64,000 nt of DNA from Eledone cirrhosa (GCA_964016885.1 OZ024746.1:27776001-27840000), one strand, 5' to 3'. Numbered from the stretch's first letter, positions 41,264 to 57,024 are shown. Notes: generated by a model from the letters alone, not told the origin. Translations and numbers: made by a program.

Positions 41264-44041
41264 TAAAGTACAAATGTTTTGTCGTCCGTTGAAACGAAGA
41301 AATGGATACATCAATTAAGAACCATATTCTGAAAATAGACTTGAGGTATAATAGATAATATTTGGGCTGTTTTCCAGCTCCTAAAGTCTGGTGATTCTCA
41401 TTCACAGATAGGAGCCAGCTCCTTTCTTTCCTTTATCTAAGTCTTGCCAAATTTTAACGACATTTTCTAAGTTTAAAATATCCTTTTTTTATTTCATATA
41501 TATACATATATATAGAGAGAGCGAAAGAGAGAAATAGAGAGATCAATAGACACACACACACACACACCTACACCTACACCTACACACACACACACACACA
41601 CACACCTACACACACACACACACACACACACGCACATACACACACATATATATATATATCTATATATATATAGAGAGAGAGCGGGAGACATGCTTACATA
41701 TATGTATTTATATATATCTGTATATATATATATATATATATATATCTGTGTGTATGTGTATATATATATACACATATACATGTTATATTACACGTTATAT
41801 TACACTTTACTATTTCTCCATTTTTATCACAGCTGGGTGCTATCCCAGACTCTCTCCTATATTAGTCGGCTTCTCTTAATACGAAAAACTAGTGGTTGTT
41901 TTTATATTGTATATTATTTAATGCATTGTCTGTGTGTCTTTAGCTCATCGTATTACTTTTCATTTCTACTTAACTAAATACGTTTTTATTCCTTGTTAGA
42001 TATTGTGCAATATTTGTATCGTTTTTGTTCCTGGATATATGAAATTTTATGTATCACGTTTTTTATATCTATTCAAATGTTTCTTCAGCACTTTTTTTCA
42101 AATTTGATCATAAGTTCGTATCTCGTCATTTGTGAATGCACGTGGCTTAGTGGTTAGACTGTTCGGGTCATGAGTTTGATTACTGGCGGTGCGATGTCCC
42201 TTTGAGCAATATACTTTATTTCCCGTTGCCCCAGTTTTTTTATCGACTGATAGAAGGAAAGGCACGCTAACCCAGGCGAGATTTGAACTCCGTGCTGTAA
42301 TTTAATGCCGCCAAACTTTGTTGACCGATGCTCTAATAAACTCAAATATTAATTTACCTTTGAACATGAACAGTCTATCAACGTTTTCGCTTATCTTGGC
42401 TCATTATAGTCTCAACGGAAAGTAAGCGTTATTCAATATTCGGCGCTATCGTATAACGTTATGCTAGAACGCTTTGGTAGTAAATTTTATATCTGTAAGC
42501 AACCTAACAGTAGTCGGGTGATATGGTATGTACCTATTTGACAGTATATTATTATATTTATACATTTAAGCGTGGATTATATATATGTATAGATTCTGCA
42601 CGAGTATTTAACTTATTTATCGGTGAGAATCCGAGCGGTTGGCCATCACAGCGTGTAACAAGGCAGCTATAACATATATATCACGTCGTGTCTCTTATGG
42701 AAGAAAGAATGAACGATGTCAAACACTCACGAAATTAAATAAAATAAATAATAATAATAACTGTATTCAACCTATATCATTATAAAACATTCACCTATCT
42801 AAGCGTTACTCAATCAGAAATTCGAAATGACTTCAAATTTCTTTAAAATATACCTCTACACGTCAATGATACGACAGAAGCTTCTTATCCACATTCTTTT
42901 CCCTTCAACTTGTCTAACCATGTGTACTAACAAGCCTTTAACTTTAATGTGTATTCTACCGTATCTTTATAATTGGCTGGAAAGCATTTTATATCACAAT
43001 AACTCATTATATAGGGTTTACAGCTTGAAGCAAACTTCCACTAAGCCACATCAAAAGTAAAACCTTTAGTCTTTTCAAAAGACTCATCATAATGAACCGA
43101 ATGGTTCTTTCAATGTGACGTCCAAATAATACTTTAGTAATATAAAAATCACTCTTGTTCATGTCTTATACCAGTCATATTCTGAGTGTCTATCTTACAA
43201 CAAAAGGATTCTTTGAATATATCTACCGAAATTAATTGTAAATAAATATTTTCTTATATACACATTATATACACACTGATCTATAATCAATTGTTGTCAC
43301 CTGATCTATTTTCAGTGCACAGTGTACCTAGTGCTATATATCATCCCTCCTGCCTCGTACCGTTTTTCTGAAGAAGATATGATGCGAGTAGAAACACATT
43401 TGGTGTGTATTTCTAGCAGCATGGACGACTACTTATAAAGCTGGATTTCCTCATTAACTCCCTTTAACAAATAACAGCGATTGAAGTAAAGTATGTTAAA
43501 TCATGAAACTCTGTTAAGTTATTTGCCGATAATTCCATTAGAGCTACGTGATGATCGTGTTCTATTTCTATTTCATAAAGAACATCTGTTCCATCATTTC
43601 ATGTCCTTAAATTTATTTATGTATTTATTTATTTACCTAATTACTGAATTTCGGTGTCATTAGTTTCAAAACTGTTCTTAATATATTCAATACATGCTCC
43701 AACAATTTGTTCCATATCCAGAATAATGGCGGTGAGTTTTTGTCAGTTCGGTGCTCACGTGATCTGCACGTGTTTTACTTTCCCCTTTCAGACTTCTTCA
43801 ATCTTGTTTCTTTTTCTTTCCTCCTCTTTTGAATCTCAACCTTTGATCTTTCTTTAAGGAATTCCCACACCTTCTTTGCGTAATTTTGTTTGTATTTTTT
43901 CTATTTTTAAAGTATATTTATCTTGTATTTTACTCTTTAGAAGTTCCTAATTTTCTTTTCTCTGTGTAACATGATATTTAATCCGTTATCAATCCAGTTT
44001 TTCTTCTATCTTGTATGTTGAAATATAATTTTACTTGCGTT

Positions 44042-44141
<100 letters not shown>

Positions 44142-44324
44142 TTTGTTTATTTTTTTATGAAATATCTTCTGACAAATCTGTCAAAACAAATATTTTCTGG
44201 AGACTTTATGGCAGATTTTATTTTTCAATGAAATCATGTATTCTTTGATGTTCGGAATTAAATTGTCGTGTTTTTAAATTTTATACATGTTGTTTTCTTT
44301 CAGCCGGTAGAGTTAGTGCTTTTT

Positions 44325-44730
44325 TAAGTACGTTTAATCTTAATGGCTTAATCCATGTACTTTTAATCTTAAGGGTATAATCCGAGTACGTTTAATCTTA
44401 ATGGCATAATCCAAGTATGTTTTAAATTAATGGGATTATACAAGAACGTTTAAAATTAATTGCATCATACAAGTACGTTTAAAATGAATGGATTCACACA
44501 AGTACGTTTAAAATTAATGGCATTGTACAAGTACGTTTAACATTAAGGGCAACATACAAATACGTTTAAAATTAAGGGCAACATAGAAGTACATTTAAAA
44601 TTAAGGGCAACATACAAGTTCATATCAAATTAATGGCATCATACGAGTATGTTAACGATTAATGGCAACATACAAGTACATATAAATTTTATGGCACCAT
44701 AGAAATACTTTAAAAATTAATTGTATAATC
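44325..44730. repeat. ~30-bp minisatellite, about 13 copies
   Basis: Recurrent CAAGTACGTTTAAAATTAATGGC. Confidence 0.9.
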
Positions 44731-46166
44731 GAAACTAATAAGTGTTTTAATTAATGCTGCATAATTACAGTAAGTGATTTCCTGTAAATTATTTTGACTA
44801 TGTAAGAAATAGTGACTTATTACCAAAGTATTATCTGGTAGAATCAGTATAGCTTGTTGTTTTACCTACACTGCTCGGTTTTAGGTGTTTAAATCTAGCA
44901 GGGCTATGTTTTACTTTTCATTATTCATGGATGTCCACATAAGTACTGTCAACCGTGCTTAGATTTCCATGTTCGCAAGAGTTAAATAAAAAGCGTAACT
45001 TATGTTAGTTTTATGGCATTAAAGCAACTGAGAATACAAAACTCCCCACCGGATGGGACCCTAGTCAATCGTAGGGATACGCTTCAGCTGTCTCTGATAT
45101 TCAGTTTTAGCTTGAGTTAAATTAGAGCAAGGTGAAGTGATAGAAACGAACGTATTGCTCTGTCGTAAAACCGAACCCAGGATACCTTCATCACCAGGAC
45201 AAGCACAATCATTGTGATGGATTTTCAAAACATATGATTTGATTAGATGAGGGCATATTTCGATGATGTGAACAACGTTGTACTGCATTAGTTTCAGAAC
45301 ATTTCGTTATCAGTTCGGACGTAACTATTTGTACGTATTTCAAATAAACTTGCTCAATTTTTTCAGATATATAAGCAACATTTAGATATGTTGCATTTTT
45401 GCTTTGATCAGATGTAGGATAAGATAACATATTAGCTATTCTGCAAATCAAAATTAAGCTGGTGTAAGTATGTTTTTTTTTTATTGTATTTTAGATATGA
45501 TAACAAACAAAAATATGATAATATATAAAACTTTAAATCACTCAAATACAATAGCGACCTCAATGTTTAACTTTCCGACGGTCAAAGGGAATGTAGTCAC
45601 CCCTAACAATCACTATTAATATATAATTGGGTATGTCACATACTTTGATTTTTTTTCCCGACTTGCAATAACGGATATCGGATGTTTTGACAGCAATTCA
45701 ATAACTAATCAATATATATATAACTATCGATATTCACAGTTATTCTCTGTTGATTATTCAGATCAACGAAACTTGGAGATTCAAACAATGATTTATAATC
45801 AATAAAAGTACGTATACACACACACACACACACACACATACCCCCCCACACACACATATATATATATATATATATAATTGGTGTGGGATGCTTAAAGCGT
45901 CCGTATGCGGTAGGCCGAGCTGATCGCCAGAGAAACGTTTGTAATGTCTAATAAATTTTATTTGACGCACCACTGATTCTCAGTTTTTTATGTGATATAT
46001 ATATATATATATATAAATATGTGTCTCTGTGTGTGTGAGTGTGTGTGTGTGTGTGTGTGTTCGGATGTGGTTGACGGCTGATGGAAAAGAGTAATCATTT
46101 TATTAAGGCTAAATACTGAGTCTTGTTACTCTGGTGTTTCACCTATGTATATATATATATATATAT

Positions 46167-46626
46167 GGAGGAGGTTATAGTTCACTTGAAGCATTGTGTA
46201 ATGAGGTATAAACGTTTGTATATATATAATAAAGCCAAAACGATGCAGGTATGGACATAGAATAAAGAATGCAAATGCAAAAGATATTGTTGACAATTCG
46301 TCTTTTACCTTAGATTTATTTAAATGTCCTAAATTTTCGAGATAATATCTCTTCTTCAGAGGGAAGTAAAGCTGTCAAACCAGTGTCCTAAATAGCTTGC
46401 CAAGTCATGCTGATAGGAAATGGTATATGTCAGCATGACTTGGCAAGCTATTTAGAACACTGGTTTGACAGCTTTACTTCCCTCTGAAGAAGAGATATTA
46501 TCTCGAAAATTTAGGACATTTAAATAAATCTAAGGTAAAAGACTAATTATCAACAATATCTTTTGCATTTGCATTCTTTATTGTATGTCCATACCTGCAT
46601 TGTTTTGGCTTTATTATATATATACA

Positions 46627-46629
<3 letters not shown>
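46167..46629 (-). mobile_element. Palindromic PLE-like insertion (200-bp arms) with a hammerhead in each arm
   Basis: Arms 46214-46413 and 46430-46629, tail 46167-46213, (TA)n on both sides. CCT-CTGAAGA-A-GAGAT att ATCTC-GAAA-ATTT-AGG at 46481-46515 and its mirror copy. Confidence 0.8.
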
Positions 46630-46678
<49 letters not shown>

Positions 46679-46880
46679 TTCGATCGAACACGAGTTTCGG
46701 GACAAGACATAGGTAGTAAACTATCCACTCCCATGCTAGTCAATACATTAATCTTCCACGATCTATTGACCCTCTGAAACGATTGTAAAACAATGAACTA
46801 ATTAACTACCTACCTTTGACTTCTGTCTTGTTTTCATTGTTCTACACAAACACACACACAAACACACACACAAACACACA

Positions 46881-47005
<125 letters not shown>

Positions 47006-47058
47006 CAAGAAAGAAGAGTGACACGGTTTGCTATACAAAAAAGGTTTTTAATCACTAT

Positions 47059-47164
47059 GCTGACAATTGTTTCTCTGAACTGGTAGGTCTAGAGATCGCT
47101 ACCCGCCTGTTTTCGCGTCAATCGATCACCAATACATAGTTGTAACCAGTCAATTCATCAGAGC
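47059..47164 (-). ncRNA. Type I hammerhead motif with extended stem II
   Basis: Minus strand: GCT-CTGATGA-atTGACTGGT...ACCAGTTCAga-GAAA-CAATTG-TC-AGC. Intact core, palindromic stem III, GUC site. Confidence 0.7.
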
Positions 47165-47366
47165 TAGCTCTGATGAATTGACTGGTTACAACTATTTATC
47201 ATTACTCCAAGTGTAAACAACATAGAAATCACCGCGTACTCGCAGCACCACTATGGAAACGCATTGTTGAGTCAAACTTAGCCAAGCGTTGATACAATCC
47301 ACTACTCGGAGTACCCTAACTGGACTACACCTAAGTGGACTACCTATAACAATAATCTGTTATCCC

Positions 47367-47426
<60 letters not shown>

Positions 47427-47713
47427 GAGTGGAGTACACATTTTGCATATAATTTATATTGCTCGGATAAGTATTTACAGACAATACGATACATACATAA
47501 ATATATATATATATATATGTATAGACGCGCGCGTGTGTGTTCATGCTGGTGGGGGGTGTACGTGGTGCGTGTGTGTGGGGTGTTTTGGTGTATGCTTGTA
47601 TATGTTTCTTTTTGTGTTTATTTGCATTTGTGTGTGTGACTTTGCCTCTGTGTATGTTTGTGTGTGTTTGTGTGTATGTGCCTATGGGTGTGTGTGTATA
47701 TGTATGTACGTTT

Positions 47714-47775
<62 letters not shown>

Positions 47776-48365
47776 AAAAACTTTGCCAGGTAGAATATAG
47801 AATATTAGTTAAGAGAAAACGTTGTCCAATGTGATTTATCATCTGAAATTATCTCAGCTAGTCAAAAAGAAGAAGAACAAGAGCAACGATAATGACAACA
47901 ACAACAACAGCAATGCCAACAACAATAACAACAATAACAACAACAGCAACAACAGAAAGTTCTACATTTACTAGTTGGAAACAGTTATCAGAAAACTTAA
48001 TACAATTACAAAGTATTCGTGAAAAGTTGTATTTTTCTATATTCTCTTTACATTTTATATGTACATTAAAAACGTTTTTGTAAACATTATGATAGACTAA
48101 TATGATTACACATGTACTGTTCTCTTAACAGTAAAACCTAACTTTAGAATGTTATCTCACACATGTTCATCTTCTCAGCTTATATACTCTTCATATCGTG
48201 TATGCAGAAGCCATGAAAGTATTCAGAAACCAAACCGATTTCAATATTTCCACGTCAGTCAATAAGTCTTAACGTAAGACAAATATTTTCAGTTTGCTTG
48301 TGGTGAAGTGATATATACCCTTCTGTTTATGGCCGAATGGTTATTACGTGTGACATGTTCAACAA

Positions 48366-48548
48366 TTGGCAGTATCGGTAGAGGGTCGGATGCCATGCTT
48401 TGACGCATAGAGTTACGGCCCTTGCCATTCTGAGTTCAAATCCCGCCGAGGTTAACTTTGCCTTTCATCCTTACGGGGTCGATAAAATAAAGTACCAGTA
48501 ATGCCCTGGGTAATTGCTGGCCTTGTGCCAAAATTAGAAACAATTATT
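48366..48548 (+). mobile_element. SINE
   Basis: A box, B box, Meta-like body and tail. Confidence 0.9.
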
Positions 48549-49392
48549 TACAATAGTATCGAGTCGAACCATGCGTTGGGAGTTAAATTGGGTAGACAGA
48601 AGCTAATTGGAAGCCCGCACCTAGAATTTAAACTGCTACGCTTGTTACATACAGTGACACTCTGAATGTACTGAAAATTACGATAAGGGTACCCGTGCCT
48701 GTAGAATGCGTGCCCACGTTTATTTCTCAAGTAGGCTGTTCCATCGATCGATGAAAAGTTTTGGGATCTCTGCGTCTATCGGGGTTTCCTATTTAGAAAC
48801 CAACTGGCTAAAACCTGCCTCATGTTCTATGAATCAAAAACTACCCATATTTTAGAGTTTCTATTGAAAATAAAATCTTTCAATATGAAAAGCTTTTGGT
48901 ATATTGTGTTACAAATACCATCCAAGTTCTTAATTAATTAATTGATTACATCAAATCAATTATTAAAAATACTGACATGTGAGGGTTAAATGAAGAAGAT
49001 ATACACAAACCCGAGACCTGTTAAGGTGTTCAATCCACAATAATAAGGTCCTCGATTCGACCCCATTGTATTTACCATAACCTTCGATGGATCCATGTCT
49101 TTCAAAATATCATTGTGTAGTTCTGTAACAAGAGTATTTAAAACGATACTTGTATTCTCCAATAGTTGTTTGGCACCTGATGTGCTTCTCACGACAGTAA
49201 ACAGGCAACTTATAACATCCCAGTTAATATATCCACCAAACTTCTTGTAATCGTTAAATGAAGAATTCACTGCAGGTACTTCTAGCATGATGATAGTTAA
49301 ATTCTATAAATAATTTTAAGATCCGTTTTCACCACTATGAAATGAAGTGTCTTATTCAAGAGAGTAAACTGTGCGTTTATTCTCTCTCGTTG

Positions 49393-49493
<101 letters not shown>

Positions 49494-49614
49494 TAGAATA
49501 TATATACACTGTTAATATATACAATATGTTCTTAAATGGTTTAGTCATCATTTCTCACCCACTTTTTCCTAACCTCCACCAAAAAAAAAAAAATTTATTT
49601 GTAGTGTTATTGTT

Positions 49615-50020
49615 AATGGGCTTTGGTAGTGATAGGTAGAGCTTTGAGCAAGATGCCTGGTGTCATGTAGTTAAGTCCCTTTTCGTTCTGATTTCAAATC
49701 CCGCCGAGATTAGCTTTGTCTTTTATCCCTACAGGTTCGATAAATTAAACTACCAGTAACGCAGTGGGGTCGATTTAATCAACTTCTCTTCTCTACAGAA
49801 CCTTGTGCCTCAATTAGAAACCATTGGTGGATTGGCAGTATCGGTAGAGGGTCGGACGCCATGCTTTCCAGCATGGTTACGTCCCTTTACGATCTGAGTT
49901 CAAATCCCGCCGGGGTTGACTTTGCCTTTCATCCTTACGGGGTCGATAAAATAAAGTACCAGTAATGTACTGGGTAATTGATGGCCTTGTTCCAATAGTA
50001 GAAACAATTATTATTACTAT
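49615..50020 (+). mobile_element. Old SINE followed directly by a young SINE
   Basis: Diverged copy 49615-49824; near-consensus copy 49825-50020. Confidence 0.85.
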
Positions 50021-50702
50021 TTTGGTTCATGCTGGCCTTGTGCCCATATTAGAATGAATTGTCATTTTGGTTCATATCTGTATACAAGTCTAGATACAAA
50101 TCAATTCACCCTTTATTTCACCAAAATTGCTGAAATGTTCTAAGGTTGACTATAATGGAGTGATGCTAGAGATGTGACTTCTTGCATGCATTAGTTTCAA
50201 CTCTTCTTATTAATGACTATTGTTTTTTCCAGGGTACAATGTTGAAAAATTAATCTCATTTTGTTAATCCGTATGAGTATCTTGACCAGCCTATGGACGT
50301 TTCAACCGGCCCTTGTAAATAAATAAAATGTAATGTGCGTTCACATACATTCCATACAATTCCCATCAAACAGTATTTCAGCATGTGTCATTCGTTAGCT
50401 AGCAGCTTATGTTCTATTGAGCGAATGTTGTTCAGTGAGCTCTAGACATAGAAGCGACAGCTATGACCGCCATGACAAGGTGTCACTACTAAAGGCTACA
50501 ACATGGCGTACACAGGAAATGAAAATCTATTTCAATGTTATATGCTGTGCTTATTTGAAATGAAACTTTTTCTTAACTCCTATTTGCACGCAATAAATAC
50601 ATTGAAGATGATTTCTTTTAGACAATGATATGTATGTATCTGCGTCTGTACGTCTATGCATCTTGTGTGACATGTTAGCGTATATGTGAATACATATGTA
50701 TG

Positions 50703-50737
<35 letters not shown>

Positions 50738-50999
50738 CGAACACATATACATATATATATATATATACGAACACATACACACACATATATATATATATAT
50801 ATATACTAACACATAAGCCTGTATGTTGGTGCATATATTAGTGTATGTGTGTGTATTGGTGCGTGCTTAACGTACATGAGTTGCCCTGACAAAACTTTAA
50901 GTGTCATTCAAATATGATTTTGACAAGGAAGCTGCAAGCATTCACATGTTCTGTGCTATGTCGAAACATCCTTTATGTTTAATTCCTGTATTTCTCCCA

Positions 51000-51340
51000 C
51001 AATCTCTCACGCATAACCCAGTAACTCTGGGGTGGACCCTCAGGTACATTCCAAGTATCTCTGAGGTGGACACTCAGCTAAAATCTCAGTCTCGCTGCCA
51101 CAGTCTCGCATCTACAACCCCAGTAACTCCGAGGTGGACCCTCACATATATCCTTGTGATCTGAGTTGGAGCCTCACATATAACCCCTGTATTTCTGAGG
51201 TTAACCCTCACATGTAATCTCATAGTCTCACTGAAGTAAAGCCTCACATGAATTCCCAGTCACTAAACACAGTATCTCTGCTACATTCTCCCACGTATAA
51301 CCCCAGTGTATCTGAGATGGATCAGTACGTATAATTCCAA
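51000..51340. repeat. Degenerate ~30-35-bp tandem repeat
   Basis: Recurrent CTGAGGTGGACCCTCACATATAACCCC. Confidence 0.7.
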
Positions 51341-53856
51341 TATGTCTGCGACATTCCTTCCATTAGATTCCCATTAAATCAATAATATCAACCAAACAAC
51401 TACTGTATATGTTCCAGTAAGGGAAGCCATGGCAGAATCGTTAGAATGACGGAGAGAATGATTCGGACTAGTCGTTCCAGCCAGCTGCACTGCGTTCAAA
51501 ACTCGTCAGGGTCCACTTTGCCTTTCACATTTTCGAGGTCGATAAACAACATACAATTCCAGCACAAGGGTCGATTCTTCCTCTCTCTTTTTCGCACGTT
51601 CTCTCTCTCACACTCTTTCTATCACCTAAAGAAATCAGTTATGTTCAAAGCTGGAATGGGATGGGATTCGACATGTTTAAATACAAAAGTATATAACTCA
51701 GGATCTATACAGATTATTCAAGAGTTAAAGGCTGAGGGATGCATAAATGTCAATATAATGTAGACACACTTAAGAAGGAAATAATCCTCCGTTGATTTCG
51801 TTGATCAGTGTTCCAGCTCCACAATCAACCGAACAGTCACCTCCTGAAATTAACGTGCAATTGGTTAAACATTCAACAGAAACATGTACCCCTTATGTTA
51901 CCCTCAATATTCTGCTTGATGCTGCGTATGACAATGCTAGCTCTTTAATGTACGGGATATTGCATTCTTCGGGTTTCCAAAAAATTTCCGTCAACCCAAT
52001 TTCAAACACCAGTTTATGGTCAACCCGAGGTTATGGTAAATCACACTTGCCCATGATGCCATACAGAGAGATTGAACAAGGAACAGTATGATTGCGTAGA
52101 GATCTTCTTACTGCATCCACAGGCACAGTTAATAGAAAATTGTTTCATACCCGTAATTAACTCTGTTGGTTCAAGAGGGGGGGGGGGGGTGATATATAAA
52201 TTGATAGTAATTTACTGTAACTGTTATATATCTTTGTTGTATTAAATCTCTTTATCGTTAACGCTCTAAATTTGAATTAGTGTTTACGTTGCTCAGTCTC
52301 TACTGACTTGTAGAGATCTCACGGCTCCTAATTTGCTTTGAGAAATAAAAGAACACAAAGCATTGTATTTAGTTCTTTGAATGTAAAACGTAATAGTTTA
52401 AACTAAATCTGCGTAATTAGTAGTAAGTTTGGAGCGAAATATTTGCCATGAATCTCTGTGTAGCTCAGGTGAATGATTACTAAGTGGATGAGTCACCTGC
52501 AGCTGTGACTCTAATTATCACTGAACGAAGAATGTTCAGTGATAATTTTAAAACATTTGTAATTATATTGTGAAAAATTGACAGTATTATGCCAAAGTTT
52601 CAGCAGCCAGAAGGACAATTACTAATTTTTCATTTATTTTATTGTTGGCAAGCTTCAGTGACCTCGAAATTTTAATAATACGGACATCAACATAACCATA
52701 ATGCCATGTAAAGTCTGCCATCAACATAGCTATAATGTCATGTACAGTCTGCCAATCAATTATAAAGACATTAATGTTCGAGAAACGAAAAATATAGAAT
52801 TTGTTGTTGTTTTTTTTTCCTTTTCTTAAAGGATTTTAATAAAACAAATAAAATTCAGATGCTACGATGCCTGGAAGGGGAGGTGTAAATTGGCTGAAGA
52901 CAAATGAGAAGTGAATGGGCGTATATAGTGGGGTTTTCAAAGGTGATATTCATGTAAATTGCTCTGAGGCTCAAGGTTCCTTCTAGTTGAGTTAGAAAAG
53001 ATGGCGTGAGGTGACAGTGTGAGCGTGTGTCTATATGCTTGAGGCTTGAGTGTGTTGGCGAGTGTGTCGTTGCTAATTAGCAGGATAATTGGAATGCGGT
53101 CATGGAAGATTTATATGTTGATGTTTTGTTGGTGGTGGGGTTTAGTCCCTATTACTGGTCAAGCTTGCTATAACAGACATATAACTAAATTCTATATCTC
53201 TCCGCTACGCCTGTTTACTGTTTTGTGTAGACCTACATTATCCAATGTTTTCTTTCCATTTTTTAAGACAAACTGACTACTATTTCTAGCAGCAGGAGAG
53301 GTCTGGTAATGTATTTCATCTGTATACGAAGCCAGCTACCTACAAATATTCGTATAAATACAAATGTTACATACACATATTCCATAAATAATTCTAGAAA
53401 TATGGACTCTTGGTCATAAAACGAGAGGGAGGAAATTCTGCTCAACTGTATGGGGTTGGGTAATAGTGAAGTCCATTATTTAAAAAAAAATGTTTTTATA
53501 GTGTTTGCATTTTCAAAATGTACCGTACTTTCATGTTTACCATGTTATGGGGTTCCTTCAATTTGTACAGAGAAGACAACATCGTCTCCATTAGTCTCCA
53601 TACCAGAGAAGACACCATCGTCTCCATACAGAAACCACATTGTCTATTTCTGACTCACATCATCCAAATCCGATCCATTAGTGATACAACTGTGAGGATT
53701 TGCGAAACATTCAAAATATTCTCCATTTGACTGCATTATAATAAGCATTTACACATCACAACGTATATGCCTACGACATACTCAACCCCATATATATATA
53801 TATATAAGCAAAAGGGATATATATTCAATTTGTTGGTAATTCAACAAATATAAGTG

Positions 53857-54072
<216 letters not shown>

Positions 54073-54306
54073 GTTAGAAATAGGCCGAGTGGTTAGAGAA
54101 TTGGATTCCTAATCGTGAGGTTGTGAGTTCGATTCCCGGAACGGGCGATGCGTTATGTCCTTGAGCAAGACACTTTATTTCACGTTGCTCCTTCTACCTG
54201 GAGTTGCGACCGATAGAGAGTACTAGCAATTGGAAAGACCAACGGAAACATTGTTTCCTCGGTCCGATTTGACGAAAGTCGATCGTTCCTAAGAATATAT
54301 ATATAT

Positions 54307-54615
54307 ATATATTAAAAGGATAACAAGGACGATTGGTTACTCCTTCATTACATTTATTGGTAGGTGACGCGCGTTTCGCCACTGATCAGCTCAAGGTTTG
54401 AATTGATCAGCTAAGATCTAACCTTGAGCTGATCAGTGGCGAAACGCGCGTCACCTACCAATAAATGTAATGAAGGAGTAACCAAACGTCCTTGTTATCC
54501 TTTTAATATATTACACTCTGTATAGCTCTACACCTCAACACAGAAGTGAACCTAAACATCGAGTGAGTGCTCACCCGGGTGAACCTGCAGTAACTCCAAG
54601 TTACACTCCCTAGAT
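54307..54615 (+). mobile_element. Palindromic PLE-like insertion truncated inside its hammerhead
   Basis: Arms 54307-54398 and 54420-54511, tail 54512-54615. Contains the hammerhead 3' half GGC-GAAA-CGCGC-GTC-ACCTA but no CUGANGA. (TA)n on both sides. Confidence 0.8.
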
Positions 54616-54622
54616 ATGTATA

Positions 54623-54700
<78 letters not shown>

Positions 54701-54801
54701 GTTTAATATGAACAGAGAACAAAAAACAGAGAAGCAGTACAAATGATATTAGTATTAGTTTCACGCTTGAGACAGGCAGACAGACAGACATGCAGACAGG
54801 C

Positions 54802-54834
<33 letters not shown>

Positions 54835-55430
54835 GGCAGACATGGACGTCTATCGTTTACGACGACGAGTGTTCCAGTTGATTCTATTAATGGAACGGCC
54901 TGTTCGTGAAATTACACAGATACTACTATATTTAACGTAGTTCTTAGGAAGATTCAGCGTTACGCAGTTTGCGACAATTCTAGACATCGAACTAATAAGC
55001 TCACGATCTTGAGCCGAATATCTCAACCACCTTCAAACATACATATGTACATACAAACATATATACATGATGCCTGCCCCCTCGTTATCGAGTATGGCCA
55101 TTGCACCTTATACCATTATCAATAATTATTAATTAATTCTATAGTGCAATGCCTGTGCGTGAAAATATTTTTTAAAGTGAGGAAAGACTGTGCACTGAGC
55201 CAATCCTACTCTCTAAGCGACAGTAGCTATAACCTGAAAAGAAGAAAAGATCAACATCATCGGTAACTACTGAGCCGCAGGTTTTATATAGGAGCTATCC
55301 CAGATTCCTGAGTTGCCTTCTCCTAGAAGAATGCCCTGACAAAGGCTAGGGGTCGTTCACTCCCTACATACATACATACATACAAATATATATATACATG
55401 CATACAACCATTCATACATACAAACAAACA

Positions 55431-56040
55431 TGGTGGCTGCCAACTCGTTTTCGAGTACGGCCACTACTTTATATCCATGTAGGAGAACCCCTAGCGATGC
55501 GCTGAACGAGTGTGAATTTTTAGTCCAGTCAGCGACTTGAAAACTCTGGTATAAACACTACACTTGTGACAATTATTGACACATAGTGCTGGGCCCATGG
55601 TACCATGTGACGACAAGTGCAGAGCGATCTCCAAATATAAAGCAATGCCTGTGCCGTGAAGCTTTTAGAGTGAGCAAAGGCACTGCACAAAGCCAGTCCC
55701 ATTCTCTTAACCAAGATGATATTTACCAAAAAGAAGAACAAGTCAACATCATTGGATACCATCAGGTTTGCAGGTGTTATATCAGAGTTTTCCTTCTCCT
55801 AGAATTCTGCCTTGACAAAGGCTAAGGGGTCATCTCTCCCGGTGATTTTGGATGGCTATTGACTCTTAAGAGCCCCTTTGCCTTTTGACAGGTTTTGTTT
55901 TTAGTCCTGCAGGATGTCCAAAGCCACCCTCATCACCAAGAAACCTTGGTGGGGTTGCCAGCTTAGTCGCCAACGACCCGACCATGAAACAGGTTGTACT
56001 GGGATACATGTTACCAGTAGCACCAACTGGTGACCTGACA
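55431..56040 (-). mobile_element. Complete ~610-bp copy of the non-autonomous RTE-derived element
   Basis: Reverse complement of 1-583, embedded in (CATA/CAAA)n. A 3'-tip copy lies at 59960-60007. Confidence 0.75.
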
Positions 56041-56186
56041 AACAAACATACATGCATACATACAAACAAACACACATGTATGCATGCATACATAAAAATG
56101 TAAATTACATCGACTCGTGTATGGATATTTACAATTACATGAAGGCAAGTATGCACACTAACAAAGACACACACATACACGCACAT

Positions 56187-56291
<105 letters not shown>

Positions 56292-57024
56292 CGCTTACAA
56301 ATATGCACACATTAACTGGTTCTCATAATCACGAAATCCTGCAACTCTCTATGATTCAAACAAAGTAACTATGTCACATTCTTGGCGACCGGCTAGAATT
56401 CTACAGGAAGAATATTTTCAATAAAGCTGAAAAAATGATCAATATTATCATCAGCAGCGCCATAACTGAACTAAAGCCACTAGCAGAGGGCATTGATTAT
56501 GAAAGACAAATATTAGTGTTATGTTGTCTTCCTCTGCACATTACATTCGTCAATTTATTTCACGCTGCATTTGACATAGATTTCTATGCTTACAACTACT
56601 ATACAATGTACCAAAAGCAATATAATTATGATTCCAAGATAGCGTTAATTTTCATTCCAAAATACAATAGCAACCAAAATACTGATTCAGAAATATAATA
56701 TCAGGGACAATTTGTATTCCAACTAAAGCAATACTTCCAAATGTTTTTAACCTCTCCCTTACCATGTTTCTAATAAAGGAGTTTCCTGTCGAATGATTTT
56801 GTAAACAATCAAGAATATAAAGGAATGTTGTAATAGAACCAACGTCATCACTATCAAGATGGGTTTTGTTGGTCTCAGTCCAACTCCTTCGCCATCCTTC
56901 GGGGCAATGTATTCTCCATTTTGTCTGTCGTCAACACGAGGCGAACTAATCCTTAAAGAGTGAGTAGGAAATACAGATAACACACACAATATCAAGATCA
57001 GTTCTCAACAACAATCTAACAAAA

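Noticed and set aside
49825-49910. tRNA genes
   Set aside because: A/B boxes belong to SINE heads and continue into the SINE body; no complete cloverleaf is evident.
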